Assembly: GCA_036785375.1 (NCBI GenBank)
Contig: JAWMAR010000023.1
Span: 6,324,001-6,388,000, forward strand
Reading direction: 5' to 3'
DNA: 64,000 nucleotides
DNA from: Leucoraja ocellata
Taxonomy: Eukaryota
Under the pieces are notes generated by a model. That model was not told the DNA's origin. It ran no database searches and saw only the letters and a program-made list of their open reading frames with translations. The position numbers and the translations under genes were made by a program. Below are positions 30,001 to 43,721 of the stretch, in pieces. Within the stretch, counting starts at the first letter, position 1. Every line of letters starts with the position of its first letter.

Positions 30001-33000
30001 AAACTTCATCGGAATCCCATCCAACTACAGAGGCATCTCGAATCACAATGTCCCCTTCAGAAAGACAGCCAACAGCACATGAATCATCAAGTACAGAGCA
30101 GTCAACACAAACTCATGGAACAACATCAGAAATTCCCTCAGAAAGTGCGTCCTCATCAAAAACCCTCGCAACAGCAACAACGTCACCTTTGGTCACTGGG
30201 AGCTCAGCGGTAACTTATTCTCAATCATCGCAAATCACATCCTCCAACAAATCTGCAACAGTATCACATCCAACTACAGAAGAATCATCGATCACTGTCT
30301 CCTCACCTGAAACACGTCAGACAAATACACAGGAACCTTTTACATCGGCATATCCAAAGACAACACAAGCTTCAACAGAAACTATTTTGACAACAGAAAC
30401 ACATTTAACAACACCAATCTCAAAGGAAACGGAGCCTCCATCAGTAACCTACCCACGCACAACAGAAGGCTTATCCACAACAGAATTTTCCTCACCAACA
30501 CCGAATGGTAGACAGGCATCAGCAGCCACATTGTCCACAGCTGAAACACGGTCAGAAACGCAGGAATCAATAAGAACGGAGCATTCAACACAAACCAATG
30601 CAAACACGACACAGAATTCTTCAGAAAGTGTGACTGTTTCAGAACCACATTTTACAACGCAATTTTCAGTCACAACACATTCCTCATCGGAATCATATTC
30701 CACATCAGTGAAAGCTTCCTCAACAACAGAACCTTCATCAGAATCACATCCTACAATAGCAGCATCCACGATGGCCACATCCTCTCTGGAAACAACTCCA
30801 AAAACCCAGCAATCTTCAAGAACTGAACTATCATCACAATCCAATCCAAGCACAACCAATGTTTCATCAGTCACTGAGTTCTCAACAGAAACATACTCCA
30901 GTTCGACGCCGGTTTCATCAAAAACTGAATCACCCTCAGAGAGCCATCAGACCACAGAGTTGCCTTCAAGCTCCTTGTCCTCATCAAAAACACATCCAAC
31001 AACATTACAGGAATCATCATCAACAGAGCTTCCAACAACAGCATATCCAACATTGACATCTGCTTCATCTGTTAGTGTGTCCCCATCTGAAACCCACCTA
31101 ACAACAACACCACTATCATCGCCAACTCAGTCCTCAGCAGAGACCTATCCAACAATACAAACATCCACAAACAAACCTTCATCAGAAACACACCCGACAA
31201 CAGTGGAATCGTCAAGCACACAGCATTCAACGCAAACACATCAAAGTTCAACGGAAGTTTCATCAGTCACTGTGTCGCCAGTTGAATCCCACTCCACAAG
31301 CTCATCATTTTCATTGGTTACTCAATCCCCGTCAGAAACACGTTCAACATCTGCACAAGCATCAGTGACAACTGAAACTTCATCGGAATCCCATCCAACT
31401 ACAGAGGCATCTCCAATCACAATGTCCCCTTCAGAAAGACAGCCAACAGCACATGAATCATCAAGTACAGAGCAGTCAACACAAACTCATGGAACAACAT
31501 CAGAAATTCCCTCAGAAAGTGCGTCCTCATCAAAAACCCTCGCAACAACAACAACGTCACCTTTGGTCACTGGGAGCTCAGCGGTAACTTATTCTCAATC
31601 ATCGCAAATCACATCCTCCAACAAATCTGCAACAGTACCACATCCAACTACAGAAGAATCATCGATCACTGTCTCCTCACCTGAAACACGTCAGACAAAT
31701 ACACAGAAACCTTTTACATCGGCATATCCAAAGACAACACAAGCTTCAACAGAAACTATTTTGACAACAGAAACACATTTAACAACACCAATCTCAAAGG
31801 AAACGGAGCCTCCATCAGTAACCTACCCACGCACAACAGAAGGCTTATCCACAACAGAATTTTCCTCACCAACACCGAATGGTAGACAGGCATCAGCAGC
31901 CACATTGTCCACAGCTGAAACACGGTCAGAAACGCAGGAATCAATAAGAACGGAGCATTCAACACAAACCAATGCAAACACGACACAGAATTCTTCAGAA
32001 AGTGTGACTGTTTCAGAACCACATTTTACAACGCAATTTTCAGTCACAACACATTCCTCATCGGAATCATATTCCACATCAGTGAAAGCTTCCTCAACAA
32101 CAGAACCTTCATCAGAATCACATCCTACAATAGCAGCATCCACGATGGCCACATCCTCTCTGGAAACAACTCCAAAAACCCAGCAATCTTCAAGAACTGA
32201 ACTATCATCACAATCCAATCCAAGCACAACCAATGTTTCATCAGTCACTGAGTCCTCAACAGAAACATACTCCAGTTCGACGCCGGTTTCATCAAAAACT
32301 GAATCACCCTCAGAGAGCCATCAGACCACAGAGTTGCCTTCAAGCTCCTTGTCCTCATCAAAAACACATCCAACAACATTACAGGAATCATCATCAACAG
32401 AGCTTCCAACAACAGCATATCCAACATTGACATCTGCTTCATCTGTTAGTGTGTCCCCATCTGAAACCCACCTAACAACAACACCACTATCATCGCCAAC
32501 TCAGTCCTCAGCAGAGACCTATCCAACAATACAAACATCCACAAACAAACCTTCATCAGAAACACACCCGACAACAGTGGAATCGTCAAGCACACAGCAT
32601 TCAACGCAAACACATCAAAGTTCAACGGAAGTTTCATCAGTCACTGTGTCGCCAGTTGAATCCCACTCCACAAGCTCATCATTTTCATTGGTTACTCAAT
32701 CCCCATCAGAAACACGTTCAACATCTGCACAAGCATCAGTGACAACTGAAACTTCATCGGAATCCCATCCAACTACAGAGGCATCTCGAATCACAATGTC
32801 CCCTTCAGAAAGACAGCCAACAGCACATGAATCATCAAGTACAGAGCAGTCAACACAAACTCATGGAACAACATCAGAAATTCCCTCAGAAAGTGCGTCC
32901 TCATCAAAAACCCTCGCAACAGCAACAACGTCACCTTTGGTCACTGGGAGCTCAGCGGTAACTTATTCTCAATCATCGCAAATCACATCCTCCAACAAAT

Positions 33001-36000
33001 CTGCAACAGTATCACATCCAACTACAGAAGAATCATCGATCACTGTCTCCTCACCTGAAACACGTCAGACAAATACACAGGAACCTTTTACATCGGCATA
33101 TCCAAAGACAACACAAGCTTCAACAGAAACTATTTTGACAACAGAAACACATTTAACAACACCAATCTCAAAGGAAACGGAGCCTCCGTCAGTAACCTAC
33201 CCACGCACAACAGAAGGCTTACCCACAACAGAATTTTCCTCACCAACACCGAATGGTAGACAGGCATCAGCAGCCACATTGTCCACAGCTGAAACACGGT
33301 CAGAAACGCAGGAATCAATAAGAACGGAGCATTCAACACAAACCAATGCAAACACGACACAGAATTCTTCAGAAAGTGTGACTGTTTCAGAACCACATTT
33401 TACAACGCAATTTTCAGTCACAACACATTCCTCATCGGAATCATATTCCACATCAGTGAAAGCTTCCTCAACAACAGAACCTTCATCAGAATCACATCCT
33501 ACAATAGCAGCATCCACGATGGCCACATCCTCTCTGGAAACAACTCCAAAAACCCAGCAATCTTCAAGAACTGAACTATCATCACAATCCAATCCAAGCA
33601 CAACCAATGTTTCATCAGTCACTGAGTCCTCTTCAGAAACACATTTAACAACATCAAGTTTATCACAGGTAACTGAGTCCTCAACAGAAACATACTCCAG
33701 TTCGACCCCGGTTTCATCAAAAACTGAATCACCCTCAGAGAGCCATCAGACCACAGAGTTGCCTTCAAGCTCCTTGTCCTCATCAAAAACACATCCAACA
33801 ACATTACAGGAATCATCATCAACAGAGCTTCCAACAACAGCATATCCAACATTGACATCTGCTTCATCTGTTAGTGTGTCCCCATCTGAAACCCACCTAA
33901 CAACAACACCACTATCATCGCCAACTCAGTCCTCAGCAGAGACCTATCCAACAACACAAACATCCACAAACAAACCTTCATCAGAAACACATCCAACAAC
34001 AGTGGAGTCGTCAAGCACACAGCATTCAACGCAAGCACATCAAAGCTCAACAGAAGCTTCATCAGTCACTGTGTTGCCAGTTGAATCCCACTCCACAACC
34101 TCATCATTTTCATTGGTTCCTGAATCCCCGTCAGAAACACGTTCAACATCTGCACAAGCATCAGTGACAACTGAAACTTCATCGGAATCCCATCCAACTA
34201 CAGAGGCATCTCGAATCACAATGTCCCCTTCAGAAAGACAGCCAACAGCACATGAATCATCAAGTACAGAGCAGTCAACACAAACTCATGGAACATCAGA
34301 AATTCCCTCAGAAAGTGCGTCCTCATCAAAAACCCTCGCAACAGCAACAACGTCACCTTTGGTCACTGGGAGCTCAGCGGTAACTTATTCTCAATCATCG
34401 CAAATCACATCCTCCAACAAATCTGCAACAGTATCACATCCAACTACAGAAGAATCATCGATCACTGTCTCCTCACCTGAAACACGTCAGACAAATACAC
34501 AGGAACCTTTTACATCGGCATATCCAAACACAACACAAGCTTCAACAGAAACTATTTTGACAACAGAAACACATTTAACAACACCAATCTCAAAGGAAAC
34601 TGAGCCTCCATCAGTAACCTACCCACGCACAACAGAAGGCTTATCCAGAACAGAATTTTCCTCACCAACACCAAATGGTAGACAGGCATCAGCAGCCACA
34701 TTGTCCACAGCTGAAACACGGTCAGAAACGCAAGAATCAATAAGAACGGAGCACTCAACACAAACCAATGCAAACACGACACAGAATTCTTCAGAAAGTG
34801 TGACTGTTTCAGAACCACATTTTACAACGCAATTTTCAGTCACAACACATTCCTCATCGGAATCATATTCCACATCAGTGAAAGCTTCCTCAACAACAGA
34901 ACCTTCATCAGAATCACATCCTACAATAGCAGCATCCACGATGGCCACATCCTCTCTGGAAACAACTCCAAAAACCCAGCAATCTTCAAGAACTGAACTA
35001 TCATCACAATCCAATCCAAGCACAACCAATGTTTCATCAGCCACTGAGTCCTCTTCAGAAACACATTTAACAACATCAAGTTTATCACAGGTAACTGAGT
35101 CCTCAACAGAAACATACTCCCATTCGACACCGGTTTCATCAAAAATTGAATCACCCTCAGGAAGCCATCAGACCACAGAAGTGCCTTCAAGCTCCTTGTC
35201 CTCATCAAAAACACACCCAACAACATTACAGGACTCATCATCAACAGAGCTTCCAACAACAGCATATCCAACATTGACATCTGCTTCATCTGTTAGTGTG
35301 TCCCCATCTGAAACCCACCTAACAACAACATCACTATCATCGCCATCTCAGTCCTCAGCAGAGACCTATCCAACAACACAAACATCCACAAACAAACCTT
35401 CATCAGAAACACATCCAACAACAGTGGAGTCGTCAAGCACACAGCATTCAACGCAAGCACATCAAAGCTCAACAGAAGCTTCATCAGTCACTGTGTTGCC
35501 AGTTGAATCCCACTCCACAACCTCATCATTTTCATTGGTTCCTGAATCCCCGTCAGAAGCACGTTCAACATCTGCACAAGCATCAGTGACAACTGAAACT
35601 TCATCGGAATCCCATCCAACTACAGAGGCATCTCGAATCACAATGTCCCCTTCAGAAAGACAGCCAACAGCACATGAATCATCAAGTACAGAGCAATCAA
35701 CACAAACTCATGGAACAACATCAGAAATTCCCTCAGAAAGTGCGTCCTCATCAAAAACCCTCGCAACAGCAACAACGTCACCTTTGGTCACTGGGAGCTC
35801 AGCGGTAACTTATTCTCAATCATCGCAAATCACATCCTCCAACAAATCTGCAACAGTATCACATCCAACTACAGAAGAATCATCGATCACTGTCTCCTCA
35901 CCTGAAACACGTCAGACAAATACACAGGAACCTTTTACATCGGCATATCCAAAGACAACTCAAGTTTCAACAGAAACTATTTTGACAACAGAAACACATT

Positions 36001-38625
36001 TAACAACACCAATCTCAAAGGAAACGGAGCCTCCATCAGTAACCTACCCACGCACAACAGAAGGCTTATCCACAACAGAATTTTCCTCACCAACACCAAA
36101 TGGTAGACAGGCATCAGCAACCACATTGTCCACAGCTGAAACACGGTCAGAAACACAGGAATCAATAAGAACGGAGCATTCAACACAAACCAATGCAAAC
36201 ATGACACAGAATTCTTCAGAAAGTGTGACTGTTTCAGAACCACATTTTACAACGCAATTTTCAGTCACAACACATTCCTCATCGGAATCATATTCCACAT
36301 CAGTGAAAGCTTCCTCAACAACAGAACCTTCATCAGAATCACATCCTACAATAGCAGCATCCACGATGGCCACATCCTCTCTGGAAACAACTCCAAAAAC
36401 CCAGCAATCTTCAAGAACTGAACTATCATCACAATCCAATCCAAGCACAACCAATGTTTCATCAGTCACTGAGTCCTCTTCAGAAACACATTTAACAACA
36501 TCAAGTTTATCACAGGTAACTGAGTCCTCAACAGAAACATACTCCAGTTTGACACCAGTTTCATCAAAAACTGAATCACCCTCAGAGAGCCATCACACCA
36601 CAGAAGTGCCTTCAAGCTCCTTGTCCTCATCAAAAACACATCCAACAACATTACAGGAATCATCATCAACAGAGCTTCAAACAACAGCATATCCAACATT
36701 GACATCTGCTTCATCTGTTAGTGTGTCCCCATCTGAAACCCACCTAACAACAACACCACTATCATCGCCAACTCAGTCCTCAGCAGAGACCTATCCAACA
36801 ACACAAACATCCACAAACAAACCTTCATCAGAAACACACCCGACAACAGTGGAGTCGTCAAGCACACAGCATTCAACGCAAGCACATCAAAGCTCAACAG
36901 AAGTTTCATCAGTCACTGTGTCGCCAGTTGAATCCCACTCCACAACCTCATCATTTTCATTGGTTCCTGAATCCCCGTCAGAAACACGTTCAACATCTGC
37001 ACAAGCATCAGTGACAACTGAAACTTCATCGGAATACCATCCAACTACAGAGGCATCTCGAATCACAATGTCCCCTTCAGAAAGACAGCCAACAGCACAT
37101 GAATCATCAAGTACAGAGCAGTCAACACAAACTCATGGAACAACATCAGAAATTCCCTCAGAAAGTGCGTCCTCATCAAAAACCCTCGCAACAGCAACAA
37201 CGTCACCTTTGGTCACTGGGAGCTCAGCGGTAACTTATTCTCAATCATCGCAAATTACATCCTCCAACAACTCTGCAACAGTATCACATCCAACTACAGA
37301 AGAATCATCGATCACTGTCTCCTCACCTGAAACACGTCAGACAAATACACAGGAACCTTTTACATCGGCATATCCAAAGACAACACAAGTTTCAACAGAA
37401 ACTATTTTGATAACAGAAACACATTTAACAACACCAATCTCAAAGGAAACGGAGCCTCCATCAGTAACCTACCCACGCACAACAGAAGGCTTATCCACAA
37501 CAGAATTTTCCTCACCAACACCAAATGGTAGACAGGCATCAGCAACCACATTGTCCACAGCTGAAACACGGTCAGAAACGCAGGAATCAATAAGAACGGA
37601 GCATTCAACACAAACCAATGCAAACAAGACACAGAATTCTTCAGAAAGTGTGACTGTTACAGAACCACATTTTACAACGCAATTTTCAGTCACAACACAT
37701 TCCTCATCGGAATCATATTCCACATCAGTGAAAGCTTCCTCAACAACAGAACCTTCATCAGAATCACATCCTACAATAGCAGCATCCACGATGGCCACAT
37801 CCTCTCTGGAAACAACTCCAAAAACCCAGCAATCTTCAAGAACTGAACTATCATCACAATCCAATCCAAGCACAACCAATGTTTCATCAGTCACTGAGTC
37901 CTCTTCAGAAACACATTTAACAACATCAAGTTTATCACAGGTAACTGAGTCCTCAACAGAAACATATTCCAGTTCGACACCAGTTTCATCAAAAACTGAA
38001 TCACCCTCAGAAAGCCATCAGACCACAGAAGTGCCTTCAAGCTCCTTGTCCTCATCAAAAACACACCCAACAACATTACAGGAATCATCATCAACAGAGC
38101 TTCCAACAACAGCATATCCAACATTGACATCTGCTTCATCTGTTAGTGTGTCCCCATCTGAAACCCACCTAACAACAACACCACTATCATCGCCAACTCA
38201 GTCCTCAGCAGAGACCTATCCAACAACACAAACATCCACAAACAAACCTTCATCAGAAACACACCCGACAACAGTGGAGTCGTCAAGCACACAGCATTCA
38301 ACGCAAACACATCAAAGCTCAACAGAAGTTTCATCAGTCACTGTGTCGCCAGTTGAATCCCACTCCACAACCTCATCATTTTCATTGGTTACTCAATCCC
38401 CGTCAGAAACACGTTCAACATCTGCACAAGCATCAGTGACAACTGAAACTTCATCGGAATCCCATCCAACTACAGAGGCATCTCGAATCACAATGTCCTC
38501 TTCAGAAAGACAGCCAACAGCACATGAATCATCACCCTCAGAAAGCCATCGGACCACAGAAGTGCCTTCAAGCTCCGTGTCCTCATCAAAAACGCATCCA
38601 ACAACAATACATGAATCATCAACAA
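1..38625 (+). repeat. Coding tandem array: 27 complete ~1425-bp units (1-38352) plus a rearranged partial unit
   Basis: Landmark TTGAATCCCACTCC recurs at 1, 1426, 2842, 4267, 5683 ... 38353. Antisense shadow ORFs recur at 1425-bp spacing, with exceptions of 1416 (x2), 1374 (x2) and 1422 (x1). Confidence 0.97.
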
Positions 38626-38889
38626 GAATGCCATTCACTACTAAGATGACTACAAGTAAAATTAATTCCCTCAGTTCAGTTCATTCAACTTCGAAAGTTT
38701 CAACACATCCAAATACTGTATCATCTACCCTGCGTCCAGCACTGGACTACTGCAATAGATGCAGTTGCCTGAATAGAGGTACTTGTAATTCAAGTGCAAC
38801 AACGGAAGATCACTGCGTGTGTGATTGTCCTAGATATATTTATGGTACTTATTGTGAATATGGACTTAACGTTACCCATGCTGTACCCG
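1..38889 (+). CDS. Giant PTS exon (5' end outside window) of a MUC3/MUC12/MUC17-like transmembrane mucin; ends with a Cys-rich EGF-like module
   Basis: Stop-free frame over ~12,960 codons, overwhelmingly Ser/Thr/Glu/Pro, followed by YCNRCSCLNRGTCNSSATTEDHCVCDCPRYIYGTYCE. Canonical phase-1 donor CCG|gtaagt at 38889/38890. The ORF-track start at 33 is not a real start codon. Confidence 0.93.
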
Positions 38890-39303
38890 GTAAGTTAATT
38901 GCATTATTGTGGAATTTGAATGTTATAAATGTTGATATTTATATTCTGCCCGTATAGCTTAATAAGAGAATGCAACATGTAGTCAAATGTAGTTAATCCG
39001 ACAACTGGGAAGGTTATTGTACATGTGATCGCGATCAATGGGGCGTTGAGAAATTAGAACTGACGTGGAAATGCCTCGGCATAGGTTGGGAAATCAATGA
39101 GCAAACGCCCCTGTTCCTGATTGCTTTTTGTTTATGTGGACATCAGGATTGAATGGATCAGGTTTCTGAATCAGCCTGTAGCGATTTCTCCCTACTTTAC
39201 ATAGAAAGATTAGCCTTTCAATAAAGAGTTGTATAGGCATAACTGATCACATGGCTAGGATTGTTCCAATGTCTGTAGCTTTTCTGGTCTTCTCTTGCTG
39301 CAG

Positions 39304-39425
39304 ATACAAACACACCAAAGAGAGAAGTTATTCTCACATTTCGGATAAACAAGACCTGGGATGAAATGTTTGAAAACACTTCAAGCGTGCAATATAGAAC
39401 ATATGTTCAACTTTTGATTACAGAG
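39304..39425 (+). CDS. Mucin exon: SEA domain N-terminal part (DTNTPKREVILTFRINKTWDEMFENTSSVQYRTYVQLLITE)
   Basis: Acceptor tctcttgctgcag|, donor GAG|gttggt. Phase 1 to 0 joins in frame with the giant exon. F-x-I-N...W/F..L.N.SS..Y pattern is typical of SEA. Confidence 0.85.
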
Positions 39426-39787
39426 GTTGGTATAGATGTCTTGAAAGATTCTGTATTTAGATTAATCAATACTTCAAATACACTTGTATAATACATACTG
39501 TATCTTAAAAACTGATTTGTTATTAAATTATCTTTTTAGACTCAAGTGACATTATTCTGTAGCATTGTTTAGAACAAACCTGTCAGATCTATAGTAAAAC
39601 ATTAACGTGTTGAAGATTCTATTCTGAGTGAGAATAAATAACTAAAATAACTATTATCACTGCATTTTATAACACAATGTAAATAACTGAAAACTAAGAT
39701 TTACCTCGTCCCTGTCATCTTTACCAGCCAGTAAACCTTTTATGCCTGTGTTTAGCAAAAATAGTTGGTCTTCCTGGTAACCCAAAA

Positions 39788-40135
39788 CTAAAATACTGCA
39801 GATGCTGAAAAACTGAAATACTGCAGATGCTGAAAAACTGAAATTAAATCAGAAAATGCTGGGAATATTCCATGAGTCTGGCAGCAACTGGAGTTTATAT
39901 TTCAGCTGGTACCAACATCTTAAAGAAGAGTTCAGACCTGAAACGTTGCCTCCTGATTCACTGAGTTCCACAGGCAGTTTGTTTTTGATTAAATAAATCA
40001 CTTTATTTCTCCACTTTCTATCTCCATCAGTTTTGTTGAATTTAATTTCCAACTCCTCTGATATAAGGTCATCAACCTAAATAGCAAACTCTCCCACAGA
40101 TGCTACCAGATCAGCTGAAAATTCCCAACATTTGA
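39788..40135. mobile_element. Degenerate Penelope-like terminal-repeat remnants, with a 25-bp tandem duplication (39791-39840)
   Basis: aactgcagatgctg... head motif and a degenerate hammerhead-like segment (taaagaagagttcagacctgaaacgtt), shared with the copies at 53943 and 55360. Confidence 0.5.
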
Positions 40136-40444
40136 TTTCTATCTGTCATCTCAGAAACTGGAATACCCATTAATATGTGGTGTAGTGAGTCATTCCTGGG
40201 TACATTTTGTATATATATTAATGGCTCAAATTTATCATTTAGATTCCATTCAGTAACTTACTCCCAGGTGTCTGTTATTCCACATATAAATCTCCTGAAA
40301 TACTCAGTAGGTGAACCGTAAATCCCTCCAGGTGTCCAATTAGACTTATTTTGAAATTCAGTCATAGATCATATTCCTGTATCTGTAATTTAATTAATCA
40401 GTCATAGCTTTATTCAAATTAATTTCTTTTTTTGTTTTTTCCAG

Positions 40445-40509
40445 CTGACACCAATATACAAAATGGCCTCACCAGAGCACTTTTACAAAGTAATTATTAC
40501 TGAACTCCG
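40445..40509 (+). CDS. Mucin exon: SEA domain middle (LTPIYKMASPEHFYKVIITELR)
   Basis: Long polypyrimidine tract then ccag|, donor CG|gtatgt; phase 0 to 2. Confidence 0.87.
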
Positions 40510-41227
40510 GTATGTTATAATAACAAACTTTTGCAAAAGAAATTCCCTTCAATTCTTCAGCTGATAAAATCCTTAAAATTAGCTATTCTTAGTGGTTAAC
40601 TAAATCCTGAATACTTGCAATTTTCACACAGTTATTTTGCACCGTTAGGAACCCGACTGTAGAGATGTTTATCCAAGTTCCTGCCTCAGCTGGTGAAGAA
40701 AGTTAGTCATTCACTTCACACACCAAGAGCTGCACATTTAATGTACAATGACGTTAATAATCGTTCTGCGGCAATAATTTGGGACAATTAGCCTCATTGT
40801 TTTGAACTGCTTAGGACAAAATCAGCCAGGCATCCAGATCAGAACCTGCTAACTCCAGGCATTCCTGTGGATTTACCCACAGTTGGATAAATCCACACTG
40901 TGCTTGATGTCCACATGGATAGCACATTTTGTCACGGAAGGAGTCCAAGACTGGTGGCAGTAAAGTGGAAAAAAGGAGATGTAGACATTTATAGTGTTTT
41001 GTGATTCAACTCGTTTCTTAGTACTTTATATGAAATGAAGAGGTTGTAAAATGTAATCATCGTCATGATGTAGAAGACATGGCAGCTGATTTGAATTTGG
41101 CAAACTACCACAATCCTTTAATATTATTTGTTTTAGCCTGAAATAAATATTTCTTTAAGAAAATTAGTCTGAAACATGAGACTGTTGTCACAGAGCCAAA
41201 GCTACACAAAGGTCATTACTGATATAT

Positions 41228-41345
41228 AGACATCAAAAGCTGGAGTAACTCAGCGGGTCATGCAGCATCTCTGGAGAAAAAGAATAGGTGACGTTTCGGG
41301 TCAAGTCCCTTCTTTAGACTGTGAGTCAGGGGAGAAGAAAACAAG
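41228..41345 (-). mobile_element. Penelope-like terminal-repeat fragment
   Basis: gctggagtaactcagcgggtca..gcagcatctctggagaa..gacgtttcgggtc..cccttctttagac, same family as the GIY-YIG-bearing copy at 55360-55830. Confidence 0.65.
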
Positions 41346-41780
41346 AGGTGTGATGTGATGGTCATTCAGTTCTCCTGGCTTACCCTTCCTTTGAAAGGAA
41401 TGATCTTCCCCACAGAATCTTAGTTTCTTTGATGATCACCCAGTCTTTTATGGCAGAACTCTGCCAACAGTTCCAAAGGCCAGCGATCTGAAATGTTTAC
41501 TCTGTTTCTCCCTCAACGGATGTTGCCTGAATTGTTGAGTATCTCCAACATTTCTTGTGCTTGTCCTTGCTGTTGTGGGCTCTTTTTACACCAAGTGCAT
41601 GTTATATTGGAATAATGACTCAGGATAGTCCTTTTGCTTTCATCTGAGAAATATGTGCTTTGAGTTGTCCTTTCATTGTTGTAGCTTAAGATATGTTCTC
41701 TGAGGTGGTTGTTGTGCCTTGCATATCTTATGAAAGTATGGAGATAGCAAAACTTAATCTTGCATTAAATATCTCCACAG

Positions 41781-41983
41781 GAAAGGAAGCATTATCATAG
41801 AGAGCAAAGGCCTCTACAACTATACCAATAATCAGACAGAAATCAACTATTTAAACCATCATCTAGCCCATACACTGCTCGTTAATATTAATAATACAGC
41901 TACTTTGAAGGACCTCGGAACAAGATTGGGTGGTAACAACATGCAACTCACTGGTATTAATACTCTGGTCTCATCAATCAACA
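41781..41983 (+). CDS. Mucin exon: SEA domain C-terminal part with G/SIII autoproteolysis motif (RKGSIIIESKGLYNYTNNQTEINYLNHHLAHTLL...)
   Basis: Acceptor ctccacag|, donor ACA|gtaagt; phase 2 to 1. The spliced LRKGSIII matches the SEA cleavage consensus G/S(V/I)(V/I)(V/I). Confidence 0.88.
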
Positions 41984-42464
41984 GTAAGTATTGCATTGAC
42001 AAATGTTTTGCACAATAATTCACTCATTCAATTACTTTTATCATTTCCTTTTCTCTTCTGCTCCTTAAATTCCTGGCCCAGGTAACGGTTTAAATCAAGA
42101 GGTGCCCAGAATCCTCCACAATTCGGCGACAATCTTTGCTATTATCTCTGCCTCTGTACACACAAAGAATGAATACTCAGGCTATTTTCTGTCCTAGGAA
42201 CTATCTTTGAGATAAAGGAATATACCATAAGGAACAAAAAACGTCTTGGTTTCAACTGACTAGTGGCCATTTATCTATCTAGTCTTTCTATTCTTTCCAG
42301 CCAAGGCAGTGGTCTGCTCCATGGTTTCTGACCTAATTTGGATCCCTTGGTAATGTGTTGGAACATGACTGTTTATGACCTGGGGGAACTAGGTGTATTA
42401 AGTATTCAGACTGTCCATACATCTGACACCTTCATTTTACTTTTCCCCCATTAATTTTGTTTAG

Positions 42465-42627
42465 ATATCACAGACTTGAATATGACATGTGAGATCCAAT
42501 TTAATGATTACAACGTCAACTGCACCAATGGGCAATATTGTGTATGTGATGGACCCTGCAAAGATATGTTTGACATCTGTCACTGGCATGGGAATTGCTT
42601 TAATAAAGTTAATGGCTCCATTTGCAA
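42465..42627 (+). CDS. Mucin exon: second Cys-rich/EGF-like module (NITDLNMTCEIQFNDYNVNCTNGQYCVCDGPCKDMFDICHWHGNCFNKVNGSICK)
   Basis: Acceptor ttttgtttag|, donor CAA|gtaagt; phase 1 to 2; Cys spacing resembles the juxtamembrane EGF-like region of MUC3/17. Confidence 0.88.
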
Positions 42628-43721
42628 GTAAGTAACATTTGTATATTGCTTTGCTCTGCTGTCCTGAAGGGCATGACTCTTTCTCAGGTACATTTCGACT
42701 GGTACTGTGAACCCCACAGCATCCGACGGAAATCACCATTTTTCATGAAGCTCTAAAGCTTATGGTGGCCTCGGACATGCAGCCAGATGCTGTATCAACA
42801 CACACCCACATTCCAGCGTGGGTCATTAGAGAGTGAACAGAACTCAGATTCCAGGCATATGAGAAATATTCCATTTTAATGGCACCCTTAGAAGAACATA
42901 ATAAGAGCATAAGAAATAGAAGCAGGAGTAAACCATTCGGTCCTTCAATACCATTTTTCTGTCCCATCAACATATCATGAAAATAACAGCTAATAGTCGA
43001 GAAGGTAACATTAGTCTGCACAGCCAGTTTGCTGGCTAACAGGAAACAGAGTATAGACATGAATGGATCTCCTTCTGGTTGTCAAGATGTGACAAGTGGC
43101 TGTGCTGGCTCGAAGGTCCTACTCCTGCACCTATTTTCTATGTAAGTGATGTGTCACAGATATCAGTGCTGGGGCCTCATCATTGTACAATTTATAGAAA
43201 TACTTTGGATGAAAGTAGGGAAGATGTGGTTACTAAATTTACAAAGACACATTAGAAAGCAAGCTGTGAAGATGATGTATGGAAGCTACAAAGGGATATA
43301 CACAGGATAAGTGAGTGAGCAACGATATATACACTAAAAATGCTGCACTCCTCACAACAGCACTGGAATGCCAGATCGGATTATGTGTTTACGTTTCTAG
43401 TAATTATTAAAATATAACTCTCAATTGCAGAAATACTTCCATTAAGCATACCTCTACCTTGTGCAATGAGGCTTGTTCACCCTAACCAACCAAATACCCT
43501 GAGTTTAGCTAAGCAACTGTTTTTTTTAAATGATAGGCATTTCTTGTACATATATCTCAGACACCAGATGTGGCCCTAATCTCTTGACCCTGGCGACTTT
43601 TTATTCATTTACTCATTTGTTGGGTTTGGATGTGTCTGGTAGGTTATTAAGAAAGTGTTTTATTCATTTAATGTCTTATCTACAATTGGTCACTTCATCG
43701 TTTTTTTATTTCTTTTGGAAG

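Noticed and set aside
33-38625. Many S-x-E motifs suggesting Fam20C phosphorylation of the mucin
   Set aside because: About 16 per unit by manual count, close to chance expectation given the Ser and Glu content.
475-38638. Dozens of short recurring minus-strand and off-frame ORFs (63-141 aa, hydrophobic or V/D/E/C-rich)
   Set aside because: Antisense or frame shadows of the TCA/ACA/GAA-rich mucin repeat; they recur with the unit period and have no independent gene signals.
40866-40897. Imperfect hairpin TGTGGATTTA-C-CCA-CAGT-TGG-A-TAAATCCACA in a mucin intron
   Set aside because: Too short for a pre-miRNA and has no supporting context; probably a chance or MITE remnant.
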